Shown piece after piece: positions 34,501 through 35,762 of a stretch of 35,762 nucleotides of DNA; positions within the stretch are counted from its first letter, which is position 1; every line of letters begins with the position of its first letter. The stretch covers positions 68,128,777-68,164,538 of the forward strand of contig NC_068989.1 of the NCBI RefSeq assembly GCF_001194135.2, in the 5' to 3' direction. The notes beneath the pieces are model-generated. The model was not told the origin of the DNA. It made no database searches and saw nothing but the letters and a program-made list of their open reading frames with translations. A program made the translations under genes and the position numbers. The stretch is from Octopus bimaculoides. Taxonomy: Eukaryota.

Positions 34501-35519
34501 ATGATTTTTTCAGGTAACCACCATTAACTTTTATATTATTCGTGTTATAAATCTCATGACCTATAATATAGTTAGAATTTTTTCTATAATCTATGGCAAA
34601 CTTGTAGCAACATTAAATAGGGAGTATAATCCAGATCACCTAGTTTTACTAATTATACCGCTCTGTTCCACATATTCTGCCTTTGAATTTTTTTTTTCTC
34701 AAGATTTGATTCTAGTATAGGGAAACGTGATGGAATTCTTCGATGCCGAAGAAAAGATACCTGCTCCTCTGATGTGTCTTACTAAGTTTGTTTTCGATTT
34801 AGAGGACTTATTAGGATTTTATTTACTCATGTATACCTGCCCGGCTTTCTTAAAGATACCCATTGATGATTTAGCCTAAATTCTTCATTAGTGTAAACAC
34901 TCGTAAGCCAGAATCTGATAGGTCGTTTTCTCTGTATTGTCCTATACAGGAAGCATTGACTTCTTGCTAAGTTACGTCTGAAAAACACAATTCGATTGTG
35001 AAACTTTTACGTGATCCAAGCTGGACAATCCTTAATTTATTCAGGAATTATCAAAGAACAATAGGGCATTCTTAGGAGTTCTAGATATGTGTAACGGTAA
35101 ATTGTCATCAATTAAATTTCCTTTAAAAAACACCTTATAATACGCCATTGCCTCACCATCTTTAATTAACAATTTTAGCATAGTATTAATATTACTTAAC
35201 TAGTAAGAGCGACACATTCCTTGGCTATTACTATAGCTATTACTGCACGCTAAAAAGTTTGCAAGCTTACACCTGCATTGTCAAAGTTATCGTCAGATGA
35301 AAATTAATGTGTAAAAAATAACAGGTCGTGAATACGTTTCACAATTAGAGCAGTTTAATCCCCTCTTTTGTTGTCCTAGGCAACGATCAAATGCGAGAAT
35401 GTCAGAGTAGTGCTTCCGCACATTAGTTCCTTGGGGTCACCGTAACAGTTATTATTACTACCATCATCTTCATCATCATCATCATCATCATCATCACCAT
35501 CACCATCATCATCATCCTT

Positions 35520-35745
35520 TCATTCTTTTTTTTCCAGTCACCATGCCATGTTGGGCCGTTGAACTCTGCACATTTTTCTGTCTCCATTTTTTTCATCCCC
35601 TCTCCATTATTTTGCCTCTTAATCCTTTCTGTCGAATATCGCAGGCTCGAAACCTAAGAAACCGTTCCATTCTTCCCGAGCGTTAAAGTAATACACCTGA
35701 TTGTTGTCCCTACACCTGTCTTCGTCTGTTGCTTTCTGTAAATTT
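35520..35745 (+). mobile_element. Penelope-like terminal-repeat fragment, copy 3
   Basis: cctttctgtcgaa..ggctcgaaac..ttcccgagcgttaaa.taataca..ttcgtct..tgtaaatt then (TA)n; collinear with copy 1. Confidence 0.65.
35625..35660 (+). ncRNA. Degenerate hammerhead-like motif, probably inactive
   Basis: cttt-CTGTCGA-A-TATC-gcag-GCTC-GAAA-CC-TA; stem II and helix III broken, same U6 core as copy 1. Confidence 0.4.
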
Positions 35746-35762
35746 ATATATATATATATATA

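Noticed and set aside
34840-35190. Two minus-strand open frames of 46-49 codons
   Set aside because: Length within chance expectation, no recognisable motifs
1-35762. CRISPR arrays, rRNA or prokaryotic operons
   Set aside because: No repeat-spacer periodicity or rRNA-like sequence; architecture is metazoan

Overview
AT-rich, repeat-dense eukaryotic DNA from a fragmented short-read assembly. Ten N-gaps (2947-3540, 6351-6959, 8913-9227, 12620-13356, 15189-15296, 16512-16659, 19902-20099, 28322-28508, 29894-30650, 32876-33434), mostly flanked by microsatellites. The SINE repertoire and microsatellite load resemble an Octopus genome (recognised from memory, not a search). No complete protein-coding gene is visible, and most long ORFs in the track are artefacts of N-runs and simple repeats. 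Supported content: four decayed mariner transposons (one full-length with both TIRs), a Tc1/mariner-type MITE, an R4/Dong-like RLE retrotransposon fragment inside a (TAA)n tract, an APE-type (RTE-like) LINE relic, a LINE 3' end with two C2H2 fingers, about 14 tRNA-derived SINE copies or fragments from three families with nested insertions, and three copies of a short Penelope-like terminal repeat each carrying a minimal hammerhead-ribozyme motif with a non-canonical core. A few minus-strand candidate exons (1239-1370, 5389-5583, 5791-5867, 6109-6175) may belong to an unidentified host gene but are unproven. All protein similarities were judged by eye.
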